From: Catajapyx aquilonaris
Taxonomy: Eukaryota
NCBI GenBank assembly: GCA_000934665.2
Contig: KZ537984.1
Location: forward strand, 248,001 to 312,000
Length of the DNA stretch: 64,000 nt
Reading direction: 5' to 3'
Shown here piece after piece: positions 14,101-28,108 of this stretch. Under the pieces are notes generated by a model, which was given only the letters and a program-made list of their open reading frames with translations, was not told the origin of the DNA and made no database searches. Each line of letters starts with the position of its first letter. The stretch's first letter is position 1. The position numbers were made by a program, and so were the translations under genes.

Positions 14101-15880
14101 ATATCCGTATGTGACGTTTCATTGCGGCCTTTTTGGCACCCAGTGGTCCTGTTTAGGTATTGTCCAAACATCAATTATAATAGGACCATATGCAAGAAGG
14201 GTCTGGTGACGCTCTTTTCTTAAAGAGACCAGCGATAACCCGAGTGCCAACAGCTTCCCGCCACTCCTGGGCTTTTCTTATATAACCAAAAGGAAAACAA
14301 AAACGTGCTGATATTGCTCGATTAATAACGAGAGAGAAGGGGTGGTAAAGGGAAGGAGGGCCTCCGCCTGACAAACGAGTTTCCTTGTAGATATGGTCCC
14401 ATGGAGTGTTTTGTTGGTTTGACGGGTTGAGCTCAATAGGCCCCTACCAGAAAAGATAAATTCCTGCAAAAAGGGCCATTAATATTCAGCGAGTCAAAAG
14501 AGAGACAAGTGAAGGGTTTTCGTTTCTTGGCTGGGGACAACACACAACTACTCTCTTTCTTTGGTTGCGGAGGATACAAAAAAAAGTCTGGGTATAGGGG
14601 AGAAGGCCCCCGTGAGGTTTTGCGAATATCGCTCCATGGGACTTGGTGTGTTCCCTGGGAGAGTCATTCAGCCAAAGTTGCCCGATCAATTGAAACAGTT
14701 CGGGTTCGTTAGTCGAGCGTAATGGCATGAAGTTTGTCTCTCGTTTTTTTTTGGGAGGGAACTGTGTTTAACTCTTGTGCGATTCGGCCAGTTGTGGGGG
14801 GAGATTAATGACCGCTTGAGTGCCTTTATTCCTCCGGACAGTAAGGCCAGTAAGCTACGTTGTTTGTAAGCTATACCTTATTTTTTAATCTGGCAAATAC
14901 AGCTTGTAATATTTCGATTGAAAGTGTAATACTTCATCATGCAATATTTGCGCACAATATGTTGCATCAATCTGTGTGTGTACAGTATAGCAGCGTGTGC
15001 TTCTAGAAACGGTTAGGTGGAATGCAACTAATGCACTTATTGTGTAATAGGATGCTTAAGATGCTTGGTGAGAAGGAGGCTCCCGGGATGAAATTGCGGC
15101 TAACGATGTATGCGAACGTGTTTATCAAACAAGACGCTCTCTTCGTTTTCCATGCCGAATCTTCATTCCCATCGTTATCTCTTTAAGTAAACGCGACCGC
15201 TAATGAGGGAGTAATTAAAGGGTTCATCGGCAAACATACGGCAACCAAACTCGGGCTTGTCGTGCATTTAGAATTCTCCCCCTTTCTCTCTCGACAGTCG
15301 CTGCAGCACCCACGCAAGAATTGCGAGCGCCACAAGTTTACAGGTTGTATGGGTTAACGACGTTAAGAGCGACGCTATAGCCTTCACGTAATTTGGCTTA
15401 TTTAGTAATCGAATAAATGGTAACGCTCTAGAGTGCAGAAATTTTGCCAACTAGTTTATGTCGCATAAAGGCGAAAAAAAAATTCTGACAATTTTCAGCG
15501 TAACATTTGGAGTCAGCACATTACCACAATCCAGCACAACATCTCACTCCGGAGGAGTCATCACTTCAGGTTGAGTTTTGCGACCTGAACGTGGAAGTGT
15601 TCTGGAGTCGTCGCCGTCGTCTTCGTCTCTCTTTCTCTAGACGTGCCAACATATTTGTCATCCTTTCTGAGCCTACTCAACAGACCTGATGGCGGTCTCG
15701 TTTTGGATTTCACTTGGGCGACAGCTCTCGACTCCGAACCCTTGCACCAGAGGAGCCCAAATCCTGTAAAAGTAGGTTTGGCATTTTGTCACGTTCGGCC
15801 GGGTCTCCAACACCTTCAGCCCCCCCGGAGGTGGTGGTGCGCTCAAGATGGATCGCAGCTTCTTTTTTTCTTCTTCTTAC

Positions 15881-16030
15881 TTCTTTTCTTCGTCTCTCTC
15901 TCTCGTGAGGCCCAAGCCGCATTGGAACACAGGCTGCACTTTGGGGAGCTCCTCCACATTCTCATTGCCCCATCCCAAGGCTTTTCTTCTTGAGGGAGGA
16001 AGCACGGTGTCGCTTCTCGTTGCGATTGGA
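15881..16030 (-). other. Speculative 150-nt internal exon (product unknown)
   Basis: Minus strand: long polypyrimidine tract CTTTTTCTTCTCTTTCTCTACTGTCTGCAG acceptor, donor GAA|GTAAGA, length a multiple of 3, open in two of three frames. No recognisable homology, and purine/pyrimidine tracts are common in this window. Confidence 0.2.
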
Positions 16031-19000
16031 CTGCAGACAGTAGAGAAAGAGAAGAAAAAGATAACTGAAGCGGCTTCCTTATATATAGGACCTTACTATA
16101 GAGAAAAAAAAAGTTTGGCTCTCTGGAAAGTCTCCACGTCACTCGCATTTTACATGAGATCTTCTCTACTTCATTCGACGTTGTCTGGGTAGGGCAAAGT
16201 CTTGACTTTTGGAAGCGGGAAATGGCGATGGATATAACCCAGGAGCAAGGAACTGATTTCTATCGGTCATTCGTCGCTTCTTTTTTTTAATCAATGGAAG
16301 AAAGAGCTTGTAGTGACGTACCGTTTTTTTAGTGTGTGTCTAGATAGGAGTGCAATACCAAAGTTGGTACACGTACTTCGAATAGTAGACCGGCCTAATG
16401 CAGTCTATTTGAATGCACTGATCTTTTACCTCTTTGAAGCGCCTTTCATCCCATTTTCCTTTGAAAACGCAAGGGAACACACTAAGGGGAAAGTGCACTA
16501 CTCTCGCTTTTTTCCCCCTCTTCCTTTCCAGACTACCCATACCCTTCGGAGACTTCCGATCTTCTTGTTCGGCAGAAATGCGCCAAGCAATTTTTTGACT
16601 GCATTTTGGGCCTTTTACTACAGTACCAATGATAAGGGCTCGACGTTTCCTTGTCGAGCGTCGATTATGGTGCAATCCTTAATTAAGCTACAGACCCCTA
16701 CAGTATACCTCATCTGGTTAATTACACTAAGAGCGTGTGGGCGGTTTACAAGGTTCTCTTCCCTTGGATGTATGATGAGGGAACCGACTCCCTGAGGATC
16801 TTCGTAATGATGCTTCTCCACCCTCGCCATCACCCCCAAAGGATCAAATGCAATATTTACTCACCATATACTAGGCAGTTCACCTGTATTTAGAGTAAGA
16901 AAAGAACACCACTCGGGGGTAACGGACATTAATTTTTTTGCACTTGTGATTATGTATTGCTAATTTTCAACATGGTACATGCCTATGTGGCTGAAGCGAT
17001 ACAGCCACATTGCAGTTACAGTGAAACGGACTATTCCGCCAACCACAAAGTGGTGTATTTCTTTGTAAAATGCTAGATTTATAAATGTGGGCTACGTAAT
17101 GTACCAACGGTCATAAAGCAAGGTTTTCAGGTCATTCACAGTGCCATCTTAGGGGGCGTTATGTTGACAAATTGTTTCCGGAATGGTTCTCTAGAAATGG
17201 AAGCCCGGAACACACAATAAAAAGCCAACAGTGAGGATGTTCTGTTACGATTGCCCCTCCTTAGAGTATCAAGGAGCTAAACTGCTAAAAAATAAAACGG
17301 ACATGACATATCCAGTGTATACATATTCAGTGTGCTACATGCCGGCGATTGCTCAACCGGGCGTGCATGATTCAAACGACCCTATGCACAACTTGGCATG
17401 TCCTTGTCATTGCCAAGTGATTGTCTCAACTACAAAGTTGCCTGCATAGCATTGGCTGACAAACGGCATCCTGGGATTATATGCGTGGGCACGTTACATC
17501 TGTCACCGTACAATTTATGTGGAAGCAACGACTCAGTTGACCATCAGGTTGCATTGTGTGTGTATATATAGATTCTGCACGCTATTCTACTCTATGCATT
17601 TTGGACTCGGGTTTGGCGCTGAACTAATGAAACAAGGGACGGATTATACTCCTAGAGAAGGGGCATTAAATAGGGAAGGGTTGATGACTGCAAGATGCTG
17701 ACTCTGTCGTCTGACTCTAATGGCAGGAGGCCAAGGGGGTCATCAGCCGCAGGACCTTCCTAATGAGAAGGACGTCTAATTATGCTCCCAGAATGACTCC
17801 GTAAAGTTAGCAAGGAGGAGCCGGGGAAATCCGGGCACATAACAGCCCCGGCTTACCTTGTCTTGTCTTAAAGAGAACCATGGGTGGCGTGCAAGTCGCT
17901 CACTCGGAAAGACGCACCCAAGCCCTGGACTTGCACCGTTTTAGGCCCGGTTTCTCCTTCTCCAAATCCGTAGCCTCGGTTAAAAGTTGGCTCATCCAGC
18001 ACTGGTGATTTTAGGAGGGGTTCGCGTCCAAACAATTACAGGGCCCGGAAGCGGCTTAAAAAGTTAATGATTAAATACGTAAGACAAGTGCGCGTGGCTT
18101 ATTGTGGCAGGTAATTATGCAAAGTGGAAAATTTAATGCCCTCCCCCTCCCTCTCAGAGGCGAGTTAGCTCACCCCCAGCACAGCCGAATATCCGAATAT
18201 ATTTTTCAATTCTGTGGAGAAAAAATAGTGCTGGAATGACGGGAACAGAAGAATGAATGTCCTTCGCAGATTCGCCATTACTGGACCCCTGCAGCACGTG
18301 TACAAGAGATGTGCACCGGGGGTCTCATTGTTGCTGCCACCCCCACTTCGAATATGAATTTTTTTCTCTCTCTCTCGTTCATACCGATTGCTGGTGGACA
18401 AAGGCCACCTTGCACAATACACATGTGATGTTTCAATCATGAGCTGCCGGCTCGATGACACTGCTTTTGCATCAAAGCTTTTCGGCCCTTTCATAAGAGG
18501 GCATGATTAAAGCATTCGGGGTTGCGCCATCTGTCAGAAAAAATTTACAGGTACTTGAATATGCAATTTTTTTTCGTCGCTTACGGTGACGACGAGCTGT
18601 TGCCTGTTGGTGACATTTTGACTTAGAAAATACCCTGTCGTACGCTCCAAATGTGAACTGTAGCCTAAAAATGTTAACGGCCAAGTTAGCGGTCCCTCAC
18701 TATTTCGCAACAATTCGTGATTCACGACTCCACAACTGTATGGCACAAAAACCTGCACATTTTTCCACCGACTTTGACCAGCATCGCACTTCTTTCAGAC
18801 AGTCTCTCCAGGGCAAAAATCGAACACTTGCAGTCTCACCTACCGGTTCATGATCAAGCCTAAGGGGTCACATCACGCCTTCTGGAAAACCTGTTTTGTC
18901 CGATATGCAACGATGCAACAAGCAGCCGGTTTTGGGCAAGGGCAAGGAAAAGCCAAGTGCAGCGAAAGAAAATAGCGGTCTTTGCCAGAGGGATTAGGTG

Positions 19001-22000
19001 AGCAACATATATTAGAAGGGAAGGGTGTTTGTTAAGCCTCTTCTTGGACCATTAGGCGTGCAGCAGAGAGGAATCCTTGAAGTAAAACCGCTGCTACGCC
19101 ACTAGATGCGGATTTTCCTTAGCCCCGTGGAATCCGAAGAGAATCTAGAGGAGGAAGCTGATTAGCGGAGCGAATGGGATCCCAATAGAATGACTGACAA
19201 GTCTGCCTGCAGACCGACTGCCGAAGCCTAAAAGCTTCGATAAAGCTTTCTATTTTATCCCCCCCCCCTCTTTCCCCACTCCTCTCCTCCCTTCAGCGAA
19301 GGTGTGGGAGGCTGCTTCTCTTCTCTTTCCTGGAGCCTGGAGCCTCCATGGGAAAATCAGAGCTTTCCGCCATCTGCTAGCCGCAACCCAAAGTACACAC
19401 ACCTCAAAATAAAAAAAAAGGTCCGCGATTTCGGTCTTGCGCCTCTGCAGTTGGGAGAATGCCAAGTGGGTCAACAGCGGTTCCAGTTAACAGGGACTAA
19501 GCCCCCTCCGGACACTGTGATCCTCTCTCTGTCCTGGACATTCAACTTACACTGTACAGTCATGATGGGGACTCCGGCCGGTCAGTCAACCAGTCACTTC
19601 AAGTGGTTGTAAACAAATTGTGACTGGATAATACACGCAACAAGCTGCTTTGTTATTAAGCAGTTACTGTCATTAGCTGTGAATACTATTGGCAGCAGCA
19701 CCTACATTGAACTAATCCGGTTGTCCACCTGTTTAGATGCAAGCGACACAAATATTCACACCCAGCACATGAACAGTCCTGAAGGTAATCCACGCATGAG
19801 TGATTTATTCCCAGGCCAGCTAATCAATGAGCATGCACTGGAGCGGTATCTGTCGACACGCTGATGAAATGTGAATGATAATTATCAAAATAATATCAGC
19901 GCAGGTCAACTACATACATCAAAAAAAGGGTGGAGATAACATTTTAGCAACTATCGCTGTTATTCTGTTTGGATGATAGCAGTAACTGAATCGCAGTTGT
20001 TAGATAGAAATAAATCCCAATTTTGCGAGCCACCTAAAGTCTGAAGCGCGTGTCTGTTAAGGTTCGATCCCGATAAAGCGTTGGAAGGGCATAAGTCGAG
20101 AGCCGTAATGTTCTTAACAATGACAAATTTCCCCGAAGAGTAGGGGTGTCTGTGCGAGAGAAGTGGTGGAAGACATCAGTTCTCGGCTCACGTCTTTTCC
20201 TGGCCTGGAGTCTGCGTGGCTCGCGATGATTTTCTCATCAGGTTTGCGACCACTGCTGCCTTCTCTCTCTCTCATGGTTGGGGCTAGGGTAAGGCCCTCG
20301 GGCACGAATCTCTGCACACCCTCCCCCCGATGCTGTGCCAGAACTCGTCAGGCACCTATCTCTGATTAGAGACAACCCTCCCCATCCCCAGGTCCCTTGT
20401 TTCTTCTCTGGATGAGATCATGCTCGGGGTATACGTGTCTGCTGGAGTTAAACGCAGAAAGTGTGAGATTGTCAACCTGGAAATCGGCAAGGGAATTTAA
20501 AAAAAAAGGATTGGTTGTGGGGGATAAACAAGTGATATTGCGAAAATAATATATTAATTTTGCGTCGATATGGATCTGACCAAAATTATTGCGATTTGAC
20601 GAGTGGTAAGCCTACAGTGTGGGTTTACATTTTCCCCCATTTCAATAGAATTACAAATCAAATTTTGTGAGCCTCGTTTGCGGCAATCTGAATATTTTAA
20701 AATGTAGATTGAATTGAAATGTGGCATTGGGACAAAGGATACCAGTCCCAGGCTGCACCTGACAATGAACATTTTAAAAAAAGCAGAGGGCAAACAAATA
20801 TTTAATGCTCTCAAAACTAGGTTAACTGACACACTTTTTCCGCACCATTACGACCAACAATGTAGGACCTAATTTGAATTTTTTAAAATTAGCAGGGATG
20901 CGTATACAATGTTTTACAGTATGTCTGTTCCATTAGCACATCTGATTACACTTAATGCGCACTTAATTTTTGAATAATATTTTCTAACTGTTGGGGCATC
21001 ACAGGATGCATTAAAACGATTATAATAAGCAGTGACAAACCATACATTTACAACCGCCAGTTATAATCCAGATTTAAACATATATTTATTTTTTTAAACT
21101 CCCCTAATCCCAAACTTGGAACTCTCTCCGTCATGCCCTTCCCTTCCCTCATGGTAAATCCTACATGTGGCCTGAAATTCGGTTTCCTCTAATTAAACTC
21201 CCATTTCTGCATTCAATAAAGTCAGCAAAAGGCAATAATTATTCTTCTCGGAGCTTTTTGCTTGAACCGCACTCATTATTGTGGCGCAGTTACTGTAATG
21301 ACGACTGGCAGGAACTTGTGTAATCGAAATCGACTCATGGCAGCATATACCTTGGCATATACATTATACACAGGTTTCTCTGCAAAAGCAATGCAAATAT
21401 AATTATGGACTCTATTTCAACAAAATTTTCACAGAATACACGCCTAATATTTTATATTAGCGTAGGAAACAGTTTGTGCGAGAAAATTGCTTCCGCCTGT
21501 TCAATTTCTGGAATTGATTCATTATGAAACACTCTAAAATTAATTTTACGGGACAGCACCGGTATTTCTACTCAACAACAATCGGCCACCGTTATTTCCT
21601 CGTATTGTTAAAATCCGAAATAATTGTTCGCTTATTTTTCCGGGGACAGGAGCTGACCTCATTAAACCGTATATGTCTGGTGCCTTATTACAATTTATGA
21701 CTTTTCAGCGATGGAGAGTTTTTCCGGAGCAGCGAATTAATATTCCGGGGGAGAGATCAATTCTTGAGTAATGAATGAGCAAGCAGAGTGCAGATGATCA
21801 AGAGGAGGCAGGTTGAGCAAGAAGAGAGAGAGAGGAAAAGAGGGACACCCTTTAATGGCGGTCGTTACTTTGCATCGGAGCACTTTCTGATTGCCCTTGC
21901 ACCGTTGCACGTGCACCCCATTTGGAGCACCCCCTCATGTCTTTTTCTCCTGGTCTCTCCCTTTTTCTGCCATAAACGTATCTCCCCAACCAAGCGTATG

Positions 22001-23252
22001 ATTTACCGTTCGCCAAATCCCGTTGCTTATCATTAGGCCGCAGCCACCATTCTTTCCATGTGCAACCATGTGGCATATTTTAATGACATCCGCCATATTC
22101 CCAATATACTCGATTGTCTTCCGCGCCCTTTACTTTCTTCCTCTTTTTTTGCATCAGAACTGTCCCCAATTTATTTTTTGCATTATCGAGTACTGTAATT
22201 GCGCCTAAGAAGTGCGGCTATGTCACTTTTCGCACGATCAAATTAGTGGGGCTGAACCCCATACTTTTCCTCATTCCCTAAGGGAAGGTTACTCGTGTTT
22301 TCTCTTAATTAGAGAGGGACGTACCCAGAACCGGTTAAGTTTATTTGTGTTGAAAAAAAAAGGCGCGATGGACACATGCTGCACAGTTTTGTGTAATATG
22401 GCATGATAAATGAATCAAGCCCGATTTTCAAGCCGAGTCATGCGTTGTGATAAATGTTTCAGCACGTAACTTTTCGTCCTCATTACCGAGCATTATTAAT
22501 CAATTTCTGTATAAATTGAGCTATTGTGATTGTCACGGCCCGCAGATAAGGCTCGTGGAAAACATGTTTATGAGTGGTGGTGGTTGTGTATGCGCCATCT
22601 TTTAAGGTGGGTGACATGTTGGGATGTTGTGTGCCATCCAGAATGTTCATTTTCAAGCTCGGAGTTTTTTGTATGTGTGTGTTTACCCCCTAAAGCGCAC
22701 CCGGCCCACTAGTTTTGTTTACTCTACTCGGAAGTGTCTTGATGCCAATATTTTTGGTGTGTACTGTATACATCGACTGGGAGCGCTTGCAATTTTCAGT
22801 TGCACATTAATTTTCACTCTCGGAATCTACATGTAGCATTTTAATTAGCATGTGACCTGCAATTTTGATTACGAGGGTTGTGTGTACATATTAGGCTCAG
22901 AGCTGAATCTAAAATAATGCACAATAGTGTAGCATCATGTTTAGGGGAGGGGGTCGCGGACTGAATGTTTGGCATGCTGGCAGATGCACCCACAAAATAT
23001 GACCGCACCTGATTGCGAACATATATTGGCACATCATTTTCATCCGCTTCGGAGATGGATGCCTGCCTGTGAAAACCAGACAATGCAGCCTGCATCCAAT
23101 TAGCGGTGGGAAACTGTCGCCTGCTGTGACGCCACTGGGGAAAAGAGTGTTTGAGACAAAGCTGGTTAATAATGAATCGCGTCGCTGCCAAAAGGAGGGG
23201 GGGGTTAAAAGACGGTGGTTTTCCTGGGACTCTCCAACGCGTCTCATGCCAA

Positions 23253-23695
23253 ACATCTGGGTAAGGGGAGGAAAATAATGGTAATGCTGGTAGCATAATC
23301 CTATCAATATTTGATACGAGGAGTGGGGGAATGCTTACTGAAGATACTGTCTAGACGTTGTAAGAGGATGAAGCTGAGGGTTATTGTTGAGAAAGAGTCT
23401 CACTTATGGTTGGGGAAGCCCCCCTCTTCCAGCCATTTTTATAGAGGGAGGAGACCACCTATGGTAACAGTGTGANACATCTGGGTAAGGGGAGGAAATG
23501 GTAATGCTGGTAGCATAATCCTATCAATATTTGATACGAGGAGTGGGGGAATGCTTACTGAAGATACTGTCTAGACGTTGTAAGAGGATGAAGCTGAGGG
23601 TTATTGTTGAGAAAGAGTCTCACTTATGGTTGGGGAAGCCCCCCTCTTCCAGCCATTTTTATAGAGGGAGGAGACCACCTATGGTAACAGTGTGA
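23253..23695. repeat. Direct duplication of ~220 bp joined by a single N (probable assembly artefact)
   Basis: 23253-23475 (223 bp) and 23477-23695 (219 bp) are identical except for a 4-bp indel (GGAAAATAATGG vs GGAAATGG); N at 23476 lies exactly at the junction. Confidence 0.92.
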
Positions 23696-26000
23696 CAAGA
23701 GATGGATATGAGTCTTCTCAGAGCTTATACCGGCCCTCGCTTTTTTATGTGTCGATGTGTTTCATCGTCCGTGAAACAGCTTGTGATAGAGAGTAATTAT
23801 TATAAGCCGTTAGATGTAAGGGGAGCAGATAAGAGATGTGGCTTTTTGCTTCAGATATAGGCTGCTGACTTGTTTGTACAACGCTGTCATTATTTTGTTG
23901 AGTTCGAGGATACCGCATGAGTGGTGAAAAGACATGGTCTGAAGTGTTTGAACACAACTGTAATAAAAATGTTTTCGCAATATAGGAACGGGACATGCAA
24001 AAAATTGGGAAGCACCACAACATAACATAGTGGTGGTTTTGAATATTATAAAGGAATGGAAGTTGTGGGGACTCCAGCGGTTTGGTTTGGCTTTCGTCCC
24101 GAGGCCGGGTTAGTGTCAAAACAGTGCGGGGGTTAGGAAAGGAAGGAGCGAATTAGCGTCTGACGCAAAGGTTTTCGCGGAAGTTGAAATTGAGAAACAA
24201 CACTCGGCGACATGCAAATTAAGAGCATTACGCCTGAGCCCTTTGCCTCAGGGACGTTTATTTCTCTCTTGGCAGGGAAATTCCGTAAACACACACACGC
24301 CGTGGCCTTGTATAGTCCTGTTCATTATTTTGATAATATCAATACGTATCGATATATCTAGTTTTTCTTAAGAGAAGCGACTGGCAGAACTTGAAGCCAT
24401 CAGTCATTGATTAAGGATCGATACCTCATCACCTCCCATCTGGATATGAGCATAACCCAGACCGCACTTAAGGCGGGGCTCAGACGCTGGAATCCCTCAT
24501 CGCAGCGGACACGGCCATAACAGTAAAGGTCGCCGACCAGCCAAGCCAGAGCCCCCCCCCTAGGAGAAGCGATGTAACCCCCCCAGAAAATCCCCCCCCC
24601 CCTCCCACCTTATCTCCACCGTGGTATTCAGAGTTATGCTCTTCCTAGAGCGTCGACCTGACGGATATGTTTGACTTATTCTCTTCTCATTTCCCATGGA
24701 GATGTTGGTAGGAAGCCTGGTTGGCTGGGAGGGGGTTATATTGCACATTCCTCAGGGTATATGAAGCTGATCAGTGCCCAATATGACGCCTGGAGGAAGG
24801 AAGGGGCCTTATTGCGGGTGCCTCCGGGGATATCCTTACCTTCTTTTTTTTCCTTAGCTGGGGGGGTGTGGGGAAAAGCCTCCAAATAAGAGTATTAACA
24901 CCTATAGACTGTGGAAAAAGTCGCGGCCGTGGGCAGATGAGAGGGAAGATGCTGCTCCGCCCTAGGAACAATGGACCGTTATGGAGGCGCGTGGCATACA
25001 CGCCCTTTCATTTTGCTGCGAAGAGGGATTCTGGGAAGGAAAATTTTCCAGGAAGCATCCAATCGGACCGGGGCGCTGTTGTTGAAGCACTCTAAAGTGG
25101 GCTTATCTCGACTTCATCGTGGATTAATGCTTCCGAAAGGGTGCTCAACCCGGAGTCGTATTGCTCTAGAAGGGATTATGAAAGGGGCTGACCTTTTATT
25201 TACAGGACTGGAAGCCCCTGTAACTGATGCTGATGGCTGCGTCATACGTTACTGGTTGCTATATCCAAATATTCTTTGGGCCAATCTACTGGCGATATTA
25301 CTCCTTTTTGCAATGTTTGCAATGAGAAACGCTAACCAATATTATTATGTGCGAAGGCGTACAATTCCATCAGCATCTTTTGATGATGCGGATGCGGCTA
25401 ATAAATAGTGGAATAGTAGCAATAGGAGGCTGGCAGATGTTTGGTGGAGACCCAATTAGTGGCCTATCGTTTCGTGTTATTTCGAGTAGGACATGATGGG
25501 CACTAAATTAGCGTAGAGGATGGCTTTCAAAAAAAAAGAGAGATATAAACAGAGAGACTTTTTTAGAGGCGTACCTCGGAAATGTACTCTACCCGCAGCA
25601 ACGTGTCAATTAGTGGGCGTGAAAATTTATTTCCATTGGCACTCATATCAGCCAATCTACTCGTACTTGGGTGGGGGGGGCCGTGCAGTGGATGAGCCAA
25701 ATAGCTAAATGGCCGCAGCAGCAAAGTGTTGATACGGGTTATACTTCAAAGCACTGCGGAAATGTAGTTCTCCCGACCGTTCGCTCATTGCCCAGCAGAC
25801 TCTACTGCATTAATGTTGCTCGTTCCAAAATTGCTTCCAATTTAAAATTCGCCCGCATAAATTGTCCCGGGAGGACTTTTCCAACCCCCCTCCTCTCACT
25901 CTCTCTCTCACACACACACCGGTCGGCGTGGGATTGCTGATGTAACTGCGGAGAAATAGATGCTCTGAAAATGGAATTCACGCTCGTAATTTTACTAGTG

Positions 26001-26030
26001 TCTGTGTGTGTCTGTGTGTGTCTGTGTGTG
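26001..26030. repeat. (TCTGTGTGTG)3 short tandem repeat
   Basis: Three exact 10-bp units. Confidence 0.9.
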
Positions 26031-26278
26031 GAATAGGTCTATATTCTGCGATAACGTTGTGGGATTGTAGAGTCGTATGGGGTCGTATTTGTGGAAATGC
26101 ACATTACGGGTAACTTCCAACGCAAGACAGCCACATTACCTATATGAACTAAATTATTCAGCGCTGTCCAACCGTTTTTTTCCTGGTAAACATAAAATAT
26201 TTTAATTTCAGGGTAAGAATGACTTGTGTGAAAAATCCAGTATGCAGTGAAGGCAGTGTGTTTCGAAACTGGAAAACT

Positions 26279-26314
26279 GGGGGGGGGGGGGGGGGGNGGG
26301 GGAGGGGGGGGGGG
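26279..26314. repeat. Poly-G tract containing an assembly N
   Basis: G run interrupted by N at 26297 and one A; true length uncertain. A similar G run with N at 52246 spans 52233-52249. Confidence 0.9.
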
Positions 26315-28022
26315 TGGAAAAAGTGACTGCCACTTGTGTTGATCCGCGATTATGCACGATCCACCCGCAGCTTTCACGTCTGTCTGTTGAGCTGCATTCG
26401 GAAGCAGGAGGGATTTTGGATAGATATACATGCGGTTGAGTCTTGTCAGTCAACTGGCTGCTGAAGGGACACAGGACTATAAATCGCATCAGCTGGGGGT
26501 TAATTTTTTTATATACAAAAAGTGAAAAGGGCTACAGTATAGATAAGCACATGACATTTTGATGAAAATCGCGGATTTTATATAGACATATGTTTATCTC
26601 ATGGATGGGAAAATGTTTTTCACAAATATAGGCAAAATATGATCGCAATGGGGAAAAAATGTCAGACTATTTTGAAATCAATTGTGACAATGCTAAACAG
26701 ACCAGAAAGTTTTAGTGAGGATTCCATGACAAAATAAGACCGTACGGTACCCAGATGAGCGTACAACCTTGCTACGTATATGTTTGAAAGACTGTTTTTT
26801 TTCTTGAAGAGGATGATGCTGCAAGGACGTCTTTGCCTTTCACCACCCAATTTCGAGTCCAATGCAACGGGAAAACGGACTCTTTGGAGGAGGTTGCGGT
26901 GTGGAAAAAGCCATTTAGGTGACAGGATATTCTTGAGGGGATAGAGATAGAAAGCCGCCCCCTCTTCAAGATGTCCGTCCCTCTGGGAAACACGAGTGAG
27001 GAAAACACGCCCCTGTCTCATTCAGTCGTAGGTAATGGGATAGTTTCATTCATTCTTCACGTTCAGAAATATACAAAAGGGCCAGAAATGTATCAGGACT
27101 ACACATAGTTCACTTTTGTAGTTTTTAAAGTGATTTCTGCTGGGAATATCCGTCCTTGGTAAATTAAAAACCACGCATTAGGCGCACACAATATTGGCGA
27201 ACAGCTAATGCAGCTTGCCCCTTTTTTTGCCACAACGCATGGCCAGATCTATGAGCCTCATATTTACCAAGTTCAGTCAGTCTGTAGCTCTGAACTATGA
27301 AAAATTCTGCACGCAAAATGCCAATATCCTCCGTCGCTTTGTGAAATGCGAATATTATTTTTGTGTTAGTCACCCATATAAAGAGCCCCTTTTTGCATGT
27401 CTGCTGTTAGTTATTTGCACAATTTCCACTGGTTAGTCAACTGCAGCTTAGATATTTTTTTCCCCAGTTTTCATATTCTCTATATAAAATGACTGGATGT
27501 CAGGATATGATGCGAGCAAAAACCGCAGGGGTGTAATAATGGGCAAAAGATCCGATTGCAACGCGCACAAAAGAGCAGAGAGTCGGAACCGTCCCAAATC
27601 CTCACCTACATCAGAGTACTATGAGAGCCGGTTAGCTATCTATAGTAGGATGGAAGGGGGGGTGGAAAAGCGAATGCTGTATAAGCAGGGCTAGTTAAAA
27701 GTGGTTAGTGAGCAGAGACTAATCTCCTGGCAGAGTGTCGGTGCCATCCACACGTTTTCCGGCTGTCAGAATGGCAGTTGGGAATGCGGTCCTGGGCTAT
27801 CATTAGCCAAATTACAAGGGTTGTCCTATTCGACAGGCGTATGATGGGAATGCCGCTTGTCGTATTAGGGGAATGACGTTTCCCTGAACTACGCAAATAT
27901 GTTAGAGCACCAAATGAGACGTGCGTCCATGCGTAGGGACGCACTGAATCACCTTGTTCAAGAATGCATGTCAGGAAAAACATCATCATACACACAGAAA
28001 GGTACATAGGTTTCTTCTGAAT

Positions 28023-28108
28023 GCTACAGAAGCGAATAAAAATGATCTCATAATAGCTACAGAAAGCTAATAAAAATGATCTCATAATAGCTACATAAAT
28101 CTAATAAA
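28023..28108. repeat. ~34-bp tandem repeat, ~2.5 copies
   Basis: Units begin GCTACA at 28023, 28056 and 28090; AATAAAAATGATCTCATAATAGCTACA is repeated exactly twice. Confidence 0.9.

Noticed and set aside
15641..15771. Possible + strand exon (pyrimidine tract-TAG acceptor, GTAGGT donor)
   Set aside because: Weak donor context, no recognisable peptide, and such pyrimidine tracts are abundant here.
16062..16090. Minus-strand TATATATAAG followed by Inr-like TCAGTT
   Set aside because: TATA-to-Inr spacing is about 21 nt, not the canonical ~30 nt.
20061..20072. Pol III B-box-like GGTTCGATCCCG (tRNA or SINE)
   Set aside because: No A box at a suitable distance and no cloverleaf or SINE tail visible.
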